A DNA stretch of 64,000 nucleotides from Faecousia sp. (GCA_029257715.1 JARIAT010000036.1:10463-74462); one strand, 5' to 3'; counted from the first letter of the stretch, positions 19,521 through 28,819 are shown. Notes: generated by a model not told the origin, from the letters alone. Made by a program: numbers and translations.

Positions 19521-20711
19521 TTGATTGAGATAAAGGATCAAACAAAATGCTGCGGTTGTACAGCCTGCGAAAATATTTGTCCTAAAAACTGTATAACGAT
19601 GACGGCAGATTCGGAAGGATTTCTATATCCGGTCGTAGACGAAAAACAATGCGTGGAATGTGGCGCCTGTGAAAAAATTTGCCCGATATTAAATAAACTG
19701 CCGGAATCGGAGTATGAGCGCAAGGCTTTTGTACTCCGTGCCAAGAAGAAAGATATCGTAGAGCAAAGTACGTCAGGAGGATTTGTCACGCCGCTGTTTC
19801 AGTGGGTCATCAAGAACGGCGGAATGGTATGCACGGCGACATACGATGATGCGTTTCGTGTTGTACATAAGGTATACAGCAAAATCGACGAACAGGACTA
19901 TCAGAAAATTCGTGGCTCGAAATATGTACAGAGTGATTTGCGGGATTGCCTGAAACAAATCAAAGCGTCGCTGAAAGAAGGCCGATTGGTTTGCTTCGTA
20001 GGAACCACCTGTCAGGTATATGGGCTGAAAAGCTTTCTGAAGAAGGACTATGAGAATCTGATTCTGGTCGATTTGGTGTGCCATGGAGCGACATCACCGA
20101 AGCTCTGGGAGAAATATCTCGCCTATCAAAGGGACAAATACCAGTCCGAAATCGCACATATTTCCTTCCGGAATAAGACATATGGCTATCATAGCAGTAC
20201 CATGCGGATAGATTTTCAGAATCATAAAACCTATTTGGGCAGTGCCAGAGTGGACCTTATGCTGAAAAGCTTTTTTAAGGAAATTGCGTCCAGACCTGCT
20301 TGTTATGACTGCCAGTTCAAACATGCAGACCGTGTGAGCGATTTTACATTATACGACTGCTGGCACGCAAGTGATTTGGTGCCGAACCTCAAGGATGATG
20401 ATAGAGGATACACCAATGTGATTGTGCAGTCGGAAAAAGGAAGCAATATTCTGGCGCAGATTCAGGAAGATTATGAACTTTATCCCGTAGATGGGGAGCG
20501 GGCAATCCAGCTGGATGGAAAAATGGTGCGGCATAAAGCAATTCCCCATCCGAAGCGGAACGTGTTTTACGAGAACATGGACGAAACAAACCTCCTGGAG
20601 CATGTAAACAAGTATATTCCGATCACCGCACGGGATCATATCTTTGAAAAATCCAAAAGATTTGTGTACGCCACGGGATTGTATCAGAAAATCAAAAAAA
20701 TCATTGGCTGA
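19521..20711 (+). CDS. FrhB/FdhB-like (F420 hydrogenase beta) domain protein with N-terminal 2x[4Fe-4S] ferredoxin
   Basis: CCGCTACENICP and CVECGACEKICP; STSGG, GSKYVQS, GTTCQ and DLVCHG. Confidence 0.85.
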   Translation: MIEIKDQTKCCGCTACENICPKNCITMTADSEGFLYPVVDEKQCVECGACEKICPILNKLPESEYERKAFVLRAKKKDIVEQSTSGGFVTPLFQWVIKNGGMVCTATYDDAFRVVHKVYSKIDEQDYQKIRGSKYVQSDLRDCLKQIKASLKEGRLVCFVGTTCQVYGLKSFLKKDYENLILVDLVCHGATSPKLWEKYLAYQRDKYQSEIAHISFRNKTYGYHSSTMRIDFQNHKTYLGSARVDLMLKSFFKEIASRPACYDCQFKHADRVSDFTLYDCWHASDLVPNLKDDDRGYTNVIVQSEKGSNILAQIQEDYELYPVDGERAIQLDGKMVRHKAIPHPKRNVFYENMDETNLLEHVNKYIPITARDHIFEKSKRFVYATGLYQKIKKIIG

Positions 20712-20745
20712 TAGCTTGCGCAGATCCGATGTTTCGGAGGGGAAC

Positions 20746-22185
20746 ATGCAAAAAGAAAGTGTAAAGAAAAATCTTATTTACAATATGACGTATCAGATTT
20801 TTGTCATGATACTGCCATTTATCACCGCGCCTTATTTATCGCGTGTCATAGGAGCGAAGGGTGTTGGAACGTATTCCTATCTTTTTTCCGTGGCAATGTA
20901 TTTCGTTTACTTTGCCATGCTCGGCATTTTAAATTATGGAAATCGTCAAATTTCAAGGGTAGGCGATGATTTTCATAAACGAAGTGCGGTTTTTTCGAGT
21001 ATCTATTCTTTTCAGCTCATTGTATCTGTCACAGTATTTGTGATCTACCTCTTATATGTGTGTTTCATAACACAGGAGGATCAGGATTTGTCGTTGATTA
21101 TGGGACTGTATGTTTTGTCGGCTGTGTTTGATATCAGCTGGCTGTACTTTGGTCTTCAGGAGTTTAAAATTACCTCAATCAGACAGATTCTGATTCGGCT
21201 GGTGTCGTTTATTGCGATTCTGGCGTTTGTAAGAGAGAAATCTGATTTAACAAAATACGTCTTCATTATGAGCCTGAGTTACATGGTGTCCGCAGTGTCG
21301 TTATGGCCGATGCTGAAAAAGCGGATCAAATGGGTGAAGCCGGTTTGGTCGGAAATCTTTGTACATATGAAGCCCTGTGTGATATTATTTGTGCCGATCA
21401 TTGCGACAAGCTTGTATCGGGTCATGGATAAAATCATGCTGGGTCAGATTTGTGGGTATACAGATGTCGGGTATTATGAAAATGCGGAGAAGTTAATCAG
21501 CATTTCCCTGGGGCTCATATCGTCCTTTGGCGCAGTGATGATGCCGAAAATATCAAATCTGCATGGCAAGGGGAAGGAACTGGAGGCAAAGAAACTCTTT
21601 AACACTTCGATGGAAATGGCGATGTGTTTGGGAATCGCAATTTTCTTTGGAATTGCCTCGGTATCCAAGGAATTTATTCCGATTTTTTTCGGAGAAGAAT
21701 TTGCGCCGGCCATCAAGCTCTCCATTGCATTGAGCATTACAGTTCCGTTTATCACGTGGGCAGCAATTGTTAGAATGCTTTATTTAATTCCCTATGAATG
21801 TGATGGCATTTATGTGAAATCCGTCATTTTAGGCGCGGTTATGAACGTGATTTTCAACAGTATCTGTATTCCGAAATTCGGGACAATGGGAGCTGTGTTC
21901 GGAACCTGGGCGGCGGAAATCAGCGTGGCATTGTATCAGACAATCCTGGTTCGCAAGGATCTGGAGCTTAAAAAATATCTCAGACAATCCCTCATTTTTT
22001 TGCTGATGGGAATCATTATGACCATTTGCGTTCGTCTGACCGCGGGGGTTATGAAAAACAGTATTGTGGGATTGGTTGTTGAAATCATCGTGGGCGGCAT
22101 TGTATATGTAGGCTTGACATTCGTATATTTGCTGAAAACCAAAAATGAGATATTTATGAAGAAAAAGGCTAAGCTTCTCAGCTGA
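20746..22185 (+). CDS. Wzx flippase
   Basis: KKNLIYN, PFITAPYLSRVIG, DKIMLG, MMPKIS; about 13 TMs; GGAGG SD before ATG 20746. Confidence 0.9.
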   Translation: MQKESVKKNLIYNMTYQIFVMILPFITAPYLSRVIGAKGVGTYSYLFSVAMYFVYFAMLGILNYGNRQISRVGDDFHKRSAVFSSIYSFQLIVSVTVFVIYLLYVCFITQEDQDLSLIMGLYVLSAVFDISWLYFGLQEFKITSIRQILIRLVSFIAILAFVREKSDLTKYVFIMSLSYMVSAVSLWPMLKKRIKWVKPVWSEIFVHMKPCVILFVPIIATSLYRVMDKIMLGQICGYTDVGYYENAEKLISISLGLISSFGAVMMPKISNLHGKGKELEAKKLFNTSMEMAMCLGIAIFFGIASVSKEFIPIFFGEEFAPAIKLSIALSITVPFITWAAIVRMLYLIPYECDGIYVKSVILGAVMNVIFNSICIPKFGTMGAVFGTWAAEISVALYQTILVRKDLELKKYLRQSLIFLLMGIIMTICVRLTAGVMKNSIVGLVVEIIVGGIVYVGLTFVYLLKTKNEIFMKKKAKLLS

Positions 22186-22393
22186 AACCGGACAAAGCTC
22201 GGCAGCGTTTGGGAGTATCGGGACGGATGGCCTCAAGCCTCTGCGGACTGAGGCGGGGGATCGGCGGACAGCTTGGGGGAACCGTCAGCGGAACGACTGC
22301 GCACATACAGCCATGTAGGAAAAAGTATCACACGGTTAGAAAAGTAAAGGAGTGCATGATGATCAGAAATACAGCGACATTGTGCGACAAAAA

Positions 22394-23614
22394 ATGAAGA
22401 TTCAAAAAATAAATCTATTAGACATCGCAATATTACAGTTATGTATTATCATGATTGCCTTTAATGATTGGGGTACTTTGGTTATCCTGTCCCAGGTTTT
22501 CGCCTTTGGGATGGTCTGTTTCAATGCTGTTTATCAGCATTATTTAAAGTTTCATATCAGCACCGGAAAATATATTGTATATAAGGGATTTTTTCTTTTA
22601 TGGGGCAGCATCGGGCTGCTGACGAGCGTGTATCCGAATGTCGTTTTGTCAATTATCATTGCGCTGTGTTTACGGACGATGACAGGAATCACAATTCTCA
22701 TGTACGTCAAAGACAATGAAAAACGCATCAATTTTATGAAGTATTTGGCAATTGCAGGATGTATATTATGTATCCGAATGTTGATTGTGGTCCCGGGCAG
22801 TGCATGGGGATCGGAGCGAGTTGGCATATATCTATCTCATAATCAAGGAAATTCGTATAATTTTACGGGAGTTACGTTTGCAATCGGCATCATTGCGGCG
22901 TTTTTATTCTGCGAAAAAGAGGCCATCAAAAATACCAAGGTAAGAATCGGACTGATTGCCATTTTTTCGATTTTTTCGTTACTGACCGGCTCAAAAAAAC
23001 AAATCTTTTTCTTGCTGATCTCAATTTTGGTGTATGGAATCTGTACCAGCAAAAATCCTCTGAAGTTTCTTCAAAATATGCTGTGGATCGCAGCATCCTT
23101 TGCGGTTCTCTGCTTTGCGATTTTTAAGGTTGATGTGCTTTATGATGTAATTGGTGAGCGGTTTTTGGCATTTTTGAGCTATTTCTCAGATCAGAACAGC
23201 TCAATGGCGGATGCTTCCACAATCTCAAGAGGAATCTATTTGAAAGAGGCGTGGAGAGTCTTTCAGGAATATCCGATCATCGGCGTGGGCTACGATTGCT
23301 TCAGATATTATAATACATACGCATTCTGCTGGGCCGAAAACAATTTCATGGAATTACTTGCAGACGTAGGACTGATCGGTGTGGTTGTGTACTATCTGAT
23401 TTATATTGAGATATTTAAGGGCTTGCTGAAAAGAGTCGTAAAATTTCATGATGCCTTGGATATTCAGATCCTGATTGTGTTGATCTGCATGATCGTTGTT
23501 GATTTTACAATGGTTTCGTACGCAAGCAGCATCCTTCAATTCCATGTAGCATTTTTATATGCTTCGAGTATTGTCTCTCGAACGGATACAAAGAAGTTAA
23601 GGGAGAAATCATAA
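22394..23614 (+). CDS. Wzy-type polymerase / O-antigen ligase family protein
   Basis: Multi-TM with TGSKK, S..SRG, PIIGVG and AENNFMELLADVGLIG; start is ambiguous (GTG 22352 or ATG 22394). Confidence 0.78.
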   Translation: MKIQKINLLDIAILQLCIIMIAFNDWGTLVILSQVFAFGMVCFNAVYQHYLKFHISTGKYIVYKGFFLLWGSIGLLTSVYPNVVLSIIIALCLRTMTGITILMYVKDNEKRINFMKYLAIAGCILCIRMLIVVPGSAWGSERVGIYLSHNQGNSYNFTGVTFAIGIIAAFLFCEKEAIKNTKVRIGLIAIFSIFSLLTGSKKQIFFLLISILVYGICTSKNPLKFLQNMLWIAASFAVLCFAIFKVDVLYDVIGERFLAFLSYFSDQNSSMADASTISRGIYLKEAWRVFQEYPIIGVGYDCFRYYNTYAFCWAENNFMELLADVGLIGVVVYYLIYIEIFKGLLKRVVKFHDALDIQILIVLICMIVVDFTMVSYASSILQFHVAFLYASSIVSRTDTKKLREKS

Positions 23615-23615
23615 A

Positions 23616-24695
23616 ATGAGAGAAAAAGAGAGAAGTTCGAATTTTGAATTGCTGCGAATTATCAGCATGGTACTGATTATCCTGAGTCACTATGTGGCGC
23701 ATGGCGGACTATTGATGCAGGGAATCTCGCTCAATCAGAGCATTGCACAGCTGCTGAAGCTTGGCGGAAAGCTGGGAGTGACTTGTTTTGTATTGGTAAG
23801 CGGTTATTTTTTAGTCGATTCCAAGTTTAAGGTCAAGAATATCGTAAAATTAAATATACAGATTATTTATTATGCAGCGATATCTTTAGTCGTGCTGTAT
23901 TTGGTTCAAGGGTCCGTCGGAGTCATGCAAATTGTAAAAAGCCTGTTTGCGCCAATCTATGGAATTTATTGGTATCCGACGGCATATTTGGGACTGTATC
24001 TGTGTTTTCCAGTGCTGAACCTCGTTGTAAATGCGGCGAAAGATAAGCTGAAAAATATTGTTATTTGTATGTTTTTCACCCTGAGTGTCATCAATTTTGT
24101 GATACCGCAGTCTAATTTCCTGTACAGCAACATTGCTTGGTTTGTGTTTCTGTATTTTGTAGGAGCGTATTTTAAAAAGAATCAAGATACATATTTTGAT
24201 CAAAAAGCCGGGTGGCTGTTTCTGCTCAATATTTTGATTATGTGGAGCAGCTCCATGATACTGGTGCTTGCAGGCAGCAGATATCACATAAAATCCCTTG
24301 CGGAGAAGGCATATTATTTTTCCAATATGAATTCGCCGTTTATGTTTGCGGCGGGGTTGAGCATGTTTTTGATTTTTAAAAACATGAAATGCGGACAAAG
24401 TAAGGGGATCAATGCGGTTGCTGCGTCTACCTTTGCGGTATATTTGTGCCACGATAACGATTTTGTAAGAGAAATCATCTGGTCGAAAATCCTGCATACA
24501 CAGGACTATTTTCATAGCAGTCTCTGGATTCTGATGGCACACATGATGTTCTCGGTTGTCGTTTTCTTTGCGGCTGCTTTCGTATTGGAAATTCCCAGGA
24601 GATGGATCACTCGAAAAATTCTGAATCACAAGTTGATTACAGAGAAATCAGCGGAAATCGATCAATGGTATCGTTTTGATGGTGCAGCGGTCTAA
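23616..24695 (+). CDS. acyltransferase family 3 (membrane O-acetyltransferase)
   Basis: RSSNFELLRIISMVLIILSH, FVLVSGYF and TFAVYLCH. Confidence 0.88.
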   Translation: MREKERSSNFELLRIISMVLIILSHYVAHGGLLMQGISLNQSIAQLLKLGGKLGVTCFVLVSGYFLVDSKFKVKNIVKLNIQIIYYAAISLVVLYLVQGSVGVMQIVKSLFAPIYGIYWYPTAYLGLYLCFPVLNLVVNAAKDKLKNIVICMFFTLSVINFVIPQSNFLYSNIAWFVFLYFVGAYFKKNQDTYFDQKAGWLFLLNILIMWSSSMILVLAGSRYHIKSLAEKAYYFSNMNSPFMFAAGLSMFLIFKNMKCGQSKGINAVAASTFAVYLCHDNDFVREIIWSKILHTQDYFHSSLWILMAHMMFSVVVFFAAAFVLEIPRRWITRKILNHKLITEKSAEIDQWYRFDGAAV

Positions 24696-24777
24696 GCGAT
24701 AACAGACAGACGCAATATGGGGAGGCAGCGATCCCAAAAACAGCTGCATCACCCATTGCGTTTTATGGAGGAGAATC

Positions 24778-25224
24778 GTGAGGGATATGGTAAAAATCCT
24801 ATTTGTGTGTCACGGCAATATCTGCCGCAGCCCTATGGCGGAATATGTAATGAAGGACCTTGTTGACAAGGAGGGGCTTGCGGATCAGTATGAGATCGCA
24901 TCGGCGGCGGTCAGTACCGAAGAGCTTGGAAATCCGGTGTATCCGCTGGCCCGTCAGGAGCTAAAGCGCCACAATATCGGCTGCGAAGGACATCACGCAC
25001 GGCAGATCACCCGTCAGGACTTCGATCACTACGACCGAATCTATTACATGGACATCAGCAACGGCCGCTGGCTCAAGCGGATGTTCCCCAAAATCTGGGA
25101 GGACAGATGTATGCCGCTGCTGAATCGGGATGTGGCGGACCCTTGGTATACCGGTGACTTTCGGGCAACTTGGGAGGACATTCAGGAGGGATGCAGACGC
25201 ATTCTGGAGGAAACAAGGGCATGA
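24778..25224 (+). CDS. low-molecular-weight protein tyrosine phosphatase
   Basis: FVCHGNICRSPMAE P-loop and DPWY. Confidence 0.92.
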   Translation: MRDMVKILFVCHGNICRSPMAEYVMKDLVDKEGLADQYEIASAAVSTEELGNPVYPLARQELKRHNIGCEGHHARQITRQDFDHYDRIYYMDISNGRWLKRMFPKIWEDRCMPLLNRDVADPWYTGDFRATWEDIQEGCRRILEETRA

Positions 25225-25760
25225 ATCTACCGCTGCTGGAATCGCAGATGGCACAGCTGCCAATCTGCCTGTATCATTTTTTCAGTCCTCAGGAGCTGGA
25301 ATTTTCCGATCGGGTTCGGTGGATTTGCAGCCATGAGTGCCCGATGTATGGAAAAAGCTGGGCCTGTCCCCCGGGGGTTGGGACGGTGGAAGCGTGCAGA
25401 GACAAATGTCTCGGGTATGACAGCTGCCTGCTGATTTCTACTATGACAGAGGTGGAGGATCTTTCGGATCTAACGCAAACACTTGCGACACGATGCCCCC
25501 ATGAGCGCATTACAGATGCGGTGCGGGATTTGCTGCGGCAGCAGGGAATCGAGGCATATGTGCTGTCCACAGAGGCCTGCTCGGTCTGCGAGCAATGCAC
25601 CATCTGTGAGGGAAAGCCCTGTCGATATCCTGAGAAAATGCACCCGTGCATTGAAAGCCACGGCATCAATCTCATGCCGTTGATTGAAAATCTTGGTATG
25701 GAATTCCAGTATGGGAACAATGTTGTTACCTGGTTTTCCCTGCTTTTTTATTCGGAATAA
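25221..25760 (+). CDS. DUF2284 Cys-rich metal-binding protein
   Basis: C...CPMYGKSWACPP, CSVCEQC, CRYP and CIESHGI; ATGA overlap with the PTP stop codon. Confidence 0.78.
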   Translation: MNLPLLESQMAQLPICLYHFFSPQELEFSDRVRWICSHECPMYGKSWACPPGVGTVEACRDKCLGYDSCLLISTMTEVEDLSDLTQTLATRCPHERITDAVRDLLRQQGIEAYVLSTEACSVCEQCTICEGKPCRYPEKMHPCIESHGINLMPLIENLGMEFQYGNNVVTWFSLLFYSE

Positions 25761-25766
25761 AACAAG

Positions 25767-25792
25767 AGACGCACTGCGAATGTAGTGCGTCT
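25767..25792. terminator. bidirectional terminator
   Basis: AGACGCACTGC-GAAT-GTAGTGCGTCT between convergent genes. Confidence 0.7.
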
Positions 25793-25798
25793 TATTCT

Positions 25799-26815
25799 TT
25801 ATTCAGATCCGTAACTCAGCGCGATAATGGCTTTGGCGAGCTGCGCTGCGGCGAGCTTTGCCTCCGGCAGGGTGTTTCCTGCCGCACCGACCTCGATCAG
25901 CAGCGCATGGCGTCCCAGATGCTGATTGTAGCGCTGATCGGTCAGGGTAAGCTTCCGACAGATGCCGGGATTTTCCCGTTCCAGCAGCGCTTGCAGTTTC
26001 AGTGCTACCGCAAGATTTTTCTTCCAGTCGGGATGCTCCAGTCCACAGTCATCGGTTCCTACGACCATCATCAGCTGCGCGGCGGTTTGCCCATCAACCT
26101 GACATTCGGTTACGAGCTGTCCGGCGGGGGTATCCGCTGCATCCCGATGCAGATCAATAATCAGTTCGATGGATGGATTTTCTTCGAGAATTTTCTCAGT
26201 GGAGATACGGGTGTTTGGATAGGAGTCGTTAAAGGAGGTGTCGTGGAATTCGCAGTCGTGCAGAACACCGATTCCCGCTTCCTCGAGCATGGTGCCAACC
26301 ACCTCTCCAATACTCAGGACGTTATAATCTGGGTCCAGCGTGTGATATGCGCCGGAGGGCGTATATTCGCCGGGGGTAAGAGGGGTGTAGCTCTCAGAGG
26401 TGTGGGTATGGACGATCAAGACCTTCGGCTCGTCCCCATGCAGATCCCAATTTAATTCTTCCGTCAAAAGCGGCGCAAGCTCCGGTCGATAATCGCAGCG
26501 ATAATACATCGTGATATGATCCAGTTCCTCTTTGGAAAATGACGCAGGAGTCTGCGGCAGAGAAATCGGATGCTCCGGGGGTGCGGTCTCCGGGGGAATC
26601 AAGGGCGGAGGGATCGGCGGCAGCGGCAGCGGCGGCTCTTCCGCCGAGGCACGGATCACCCGTCCGGTCTGTAAATACATCAAAAACGAAGCTGTGGAAG
26701 GCTGTGCCAGCCATTGCTGTAGGGGCTTGAATGTTCCGGAGGCAGCCAGACGGAACAGAACCGAACAAATCAGCACGGCTGCACACAGCCGCAGACAGCG
26801 TTGGTCAAAATCCAT
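25799..26815 (-). CDS. spoIIP: stage II sporulation protein P (engulfment amidase)
   Basis: N-terminal TM; VLIVHTHTSESY, IDLHRDA, RYNQHL and LLIEVG. Confidence 0.88.
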   Translation of the reverse strand: MDFDQRCLRLCAAVLICSVLFRLAASGTFKPLQQWLAQPSTASFLMYLQTGRVIRASAEEPPLPLPPIPPPLIPPETAPPEHPISLPQTPASFSKEELDHITMYYRCDYRPELAPLLTEELNWDLHGDEPKVLIVHTHTSESYTPLTPGEYTPSGAYHTLDPDYNVLSIGEVVGTMLEEAGIGVLHDCEFHDTSFNDSYPNTRISTEKILEENPSIELIIDLHRDAADTPAGQLVTECQVDGQTAAQLMMVVGTDDCGLEHPDWKKNLAVALKLQALLERENPGICRKLTLTDQRYNQHLGRHALLIEVGAAGNTLPEAKLAAAQLAKAIIALSYGSE

Positions 26816-26838
26816 GCAGCACCTCCTTCATCAGACGG

Positions 26839-27321
26839 CTATTGCGGTCGGCGCCACTTCTTTCTGTTGGGCAGCGTCAGCCGCAGCTGCCGGAAAAATT
26901 CCCGCAGCACCTCGCCACATTCTTCTTCCATGATCCCGGAAGTTACCTCGGGATGATGGTTGTACGCCATGGAAAATAGATTGCATACCGAGCCGCAGGA
27001 GCCGGCTTTTTTGTCGCCGGCACCATAGACCACCCGGGGAATCCGGGCGTTGATGATCGCACCGGCGCACATGGGGCACGGCTCCAGCGTCACATAGAGC
27101 GTACACTGCCACAGCCGCCAGCCGCCCAGTGTTCGGCAGGCCTGCTCGATGGCCTCCAGCTCCGCATGACACAGGGCAGATTTGCCGACTTCCCGGCGGT
27201 TTCGTCCCCGTCCGACAATTTCGCCGTCTCGGACAACGACACAGCCGACAGGAACCTCGCCGTCGGCGGCTGCTTCCTTCGCCAGTGCCAGCGCCTGCTC
27301 CATATAATCCCGATCTTCCAT
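26839..27321 (-). CDS. tadA: tRNA adenosine(34) deaminase
   Basis: GEVPVG, HAE, WRL, TLEPCPMCAGA and FFRQLR. Confidence 0.93.
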   Translation of the reverse strand: MEDRDYMEQALALAKEAAADGEVPVGCVVVRDGEIVGRGRNRREVGKSALCHAELEAIEQACRTLGGWRLWQCTLYVTLEPCPMCAGAIINARIPRVVYGAGDKKAGSCGSVCNLFSMAYNHHPEVTSGIMEEECGEVLREFFRQLRLTLPNRKKWRRPQ

Positions 27322-27381
27322 AGACTTCCTCCCTAAAAGGCAAATAAGATGCCTCTAGGATACCCCAAAAGCCCATTGCCG

Positions 27382-27723
27382 TCAAGGTTCGCTCAGCAGC
27401 GCGGCTACCAGGGCTGCCAGCTCCGCCTGCGTCAAAGGCTGATCCGGACGGCGCTGAAGCGCTGTCCCGGCAGTTTTGAGGGCGCTTTGAAATACCCGTC
27501 CCGCCGCCTGACGGTCGCCTCCGTCCAGCAGCCGCCCGGTTAGAAGATAGTCTGTCGATACCCCGAATATGTCCGAAAGTGCCACCAGTGTATCCGCAGC
27601 CGGCTCACGGCGGCCCTGCTCATACATTCCCACAGCACTGGCGCTGACTTTCAGCCGTTGGGCCAGTTCTGCCTGACTCCATCCGGCATCCCGGCGCAGT
27701 GCTGCAATTCTTGCTCCCAGCAT
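27382..27723 (-). CDS. XRE-family HTH transcriptional regulator
   Basis: RIAALRRDAGWSQAELAQRLKVSASAVGMYEQGRREP...FGVSTDYLL. Confidence 0.88.
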   Translation of the reverse strand: MLGARIAALRRDAGWSQAELAQRLKVSASAVGMYEQGRREPAADTLVALSDIFGVSTDYLLTGRLLDGGDRQAAGRVFQSALKTAGTALQRRPDQPLTQAELAALVAALLSEP

Positions 27724-27817
27724 TTGTTTCACATCCTTTCTAATTTCTGCCTCTACCATACCACGCTTGAGATAAAAAATATAAAGAATTGTGGCGCACT
27801 ACACGAACCGACTAGTT

Positions 27818-27834
27818 TCACACGAAATGTGTGA
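27818..27834. promoter_or_regulatory. candidate operator palindrome
   Basis: TCACAC-GAAAT-GTGTGA between the divergent genes; a half-site repeat ACACGAA lies at 27801-27807. Confidence 0.45.
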
Positions 27835-27938
27835 TATGGTCGATTCAAAAAAAGAACCCAAGAAAAGCAAGGGAAAAAGTCAGAAAATTCGACGACATTC
27901 GCCATGTGCAATATCATGTAACAAGGGAGATGATTCAT

Positions 27939-28076
27939 ATGTACCGGAACGAGGAGCTGCTGCCGTTTTTCGACCCGCAGCAGCGCAGAACAGAGGTTGC
28001 CTTTTGCCCGGTATGCGGACGGGAGAAGTATGGAATCGGAGGGCGGTGCATTTACTGCGCCCGATTTCGCCCATGA
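27939..28076 (+). CDS. 45-aa zinc-ribbon-like small protein
   Basis: CPVC...CIYC; AAGGGAG SD; ATGA overlap with the next ORF. Confidence 0.6.
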   Translation: MYRNEELLPFFDPQQRRTEVAFCPVCGREKYGIGGRCIYCARFRP

Positions 28077-28306
28077 CGCTTCAGGAGATGAGTCGGGACT
28101 ATCGGGAGGCTGCCGAACCCCTGCGCCGCAGACTTCGGGAGCTGCGCAGGATGCTCTCCGAGACAGAAGATCCGGAGGAAATTTGGCATATTCGCCGCAG
28201 AATTGCCGAATTAACTCCAATGCTGACCCAAGTAAATGAAATGGCAGAATTGACAGAACACTATTATGAGAGGGGATACTACCGCAGTGAAAAATACACT
28301 TTATGA
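28073..28306 (+). CDS. 77-aa helical hypothetical protein
   Basis: Translationally coupled (ATGA) to the upstream ORF; amphipathic coiled-coil-like sequence. Confidence 0.6.
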   Translation: MTLQEMSRDYREAAEPLRRRLRELRRMLSETEDPEEIWHIRRRIAELTPMLTQVNEMAELTEHYYERGYYRSEKYTL

Positions 28307-28529
28307 CGGATATGAGGGACCTCGACTGCCCAGGCAGGTTCAGATGCAGCGGCTGCATCGGGTGATCGAGATGGAATTGACACCGATTCAGAGGGAGATT
28401 CTCATTGCATATTATTTCCAAAGTATGACCATGGAACAGATTGCAAATCAGCGCGGAATCTGCCGCAGCAGCGTCTGCCGGACGCTGCATCGTGCGGAAA
28501 ATCGGGTGCGCCGGTGCCTGCGCTACTAA
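28287..28529 (+). CDS. stand-alone sigma-70 region-4 HTH protein
   Basis: LTPIQREILIAYYFQSMTMEQIANQRGICRSSVCRTLHRA. Confidence 0.75.
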   Translation: MKNTLYDGYEGPRLPRQVQMQRLHRVIEMELTPIQREILIAYYFQSMTMEQIANQRGICRSSVCRTLHRAENRVRRCLRY

Positions 28530-28562
28530 AAAGACAGCATGGGAAATAACGTCGAATTTTTT

Positions 28563-28592
28563 ACCCGGTGAGTCCACCGGGTTTTCTTTTTT
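28563..28592 (+). terminator. intrinsic terminator
   Basis: ACCCGGTG-AGTC-CACCGGGT followed by a T-rich tail. Confidence 0.75.
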
Positions 28593-28737
28593 CAGAGGAT
28601 CAAATCGGCCGTTGAAAATCAAAAACTGTTTTTCCGGCAGCAGGTGGAATAATGTTCTGCCGGAGCGGAAACAGTAAAGAATCGGGGCGGAGCATCAGAC
28701 TTCCGCAAGTGTTCAAAATTTATTTATAAACCTGCCC

Positions 28738-28766
28738 TTGACAATCCTGGGGAGAGGTTGTATATT
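28738..28766 (+). promoter_or_regulatory. sigma-A promoter of the hrcA operon
   Basis: TTGACA-17 nt-TATATT. Confidence 0.8.
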
Positions 28767-28770
28767 ATCT

Positions 28771-28797
28771 TTAGCACTCAGAGAGTATGAGTGCTAA
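28771..28797. promoter_or_regulatory. CIRCE element (HrcA operator)
   Basis: Perfect TTAGCACTC-N9-GAGTGCTAA. Confidence 0.97.
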
Positions 28798-28819
28798 ACA
28801 AACCGGAAGGAGAATCCAG

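Noticed and set aside
19521-20711. Literal F420-reducing hydrogenase subunit
   Set aside because: No hydrogenase large/small subunits or F420 genes nearby; it is embedded in a polysaccharide operon.
27382-28529. Intact prophage or ICE
   Set aside because: No integrase, att sites, replication or structural genes; only a ~1.2 kb regulatory cassette.
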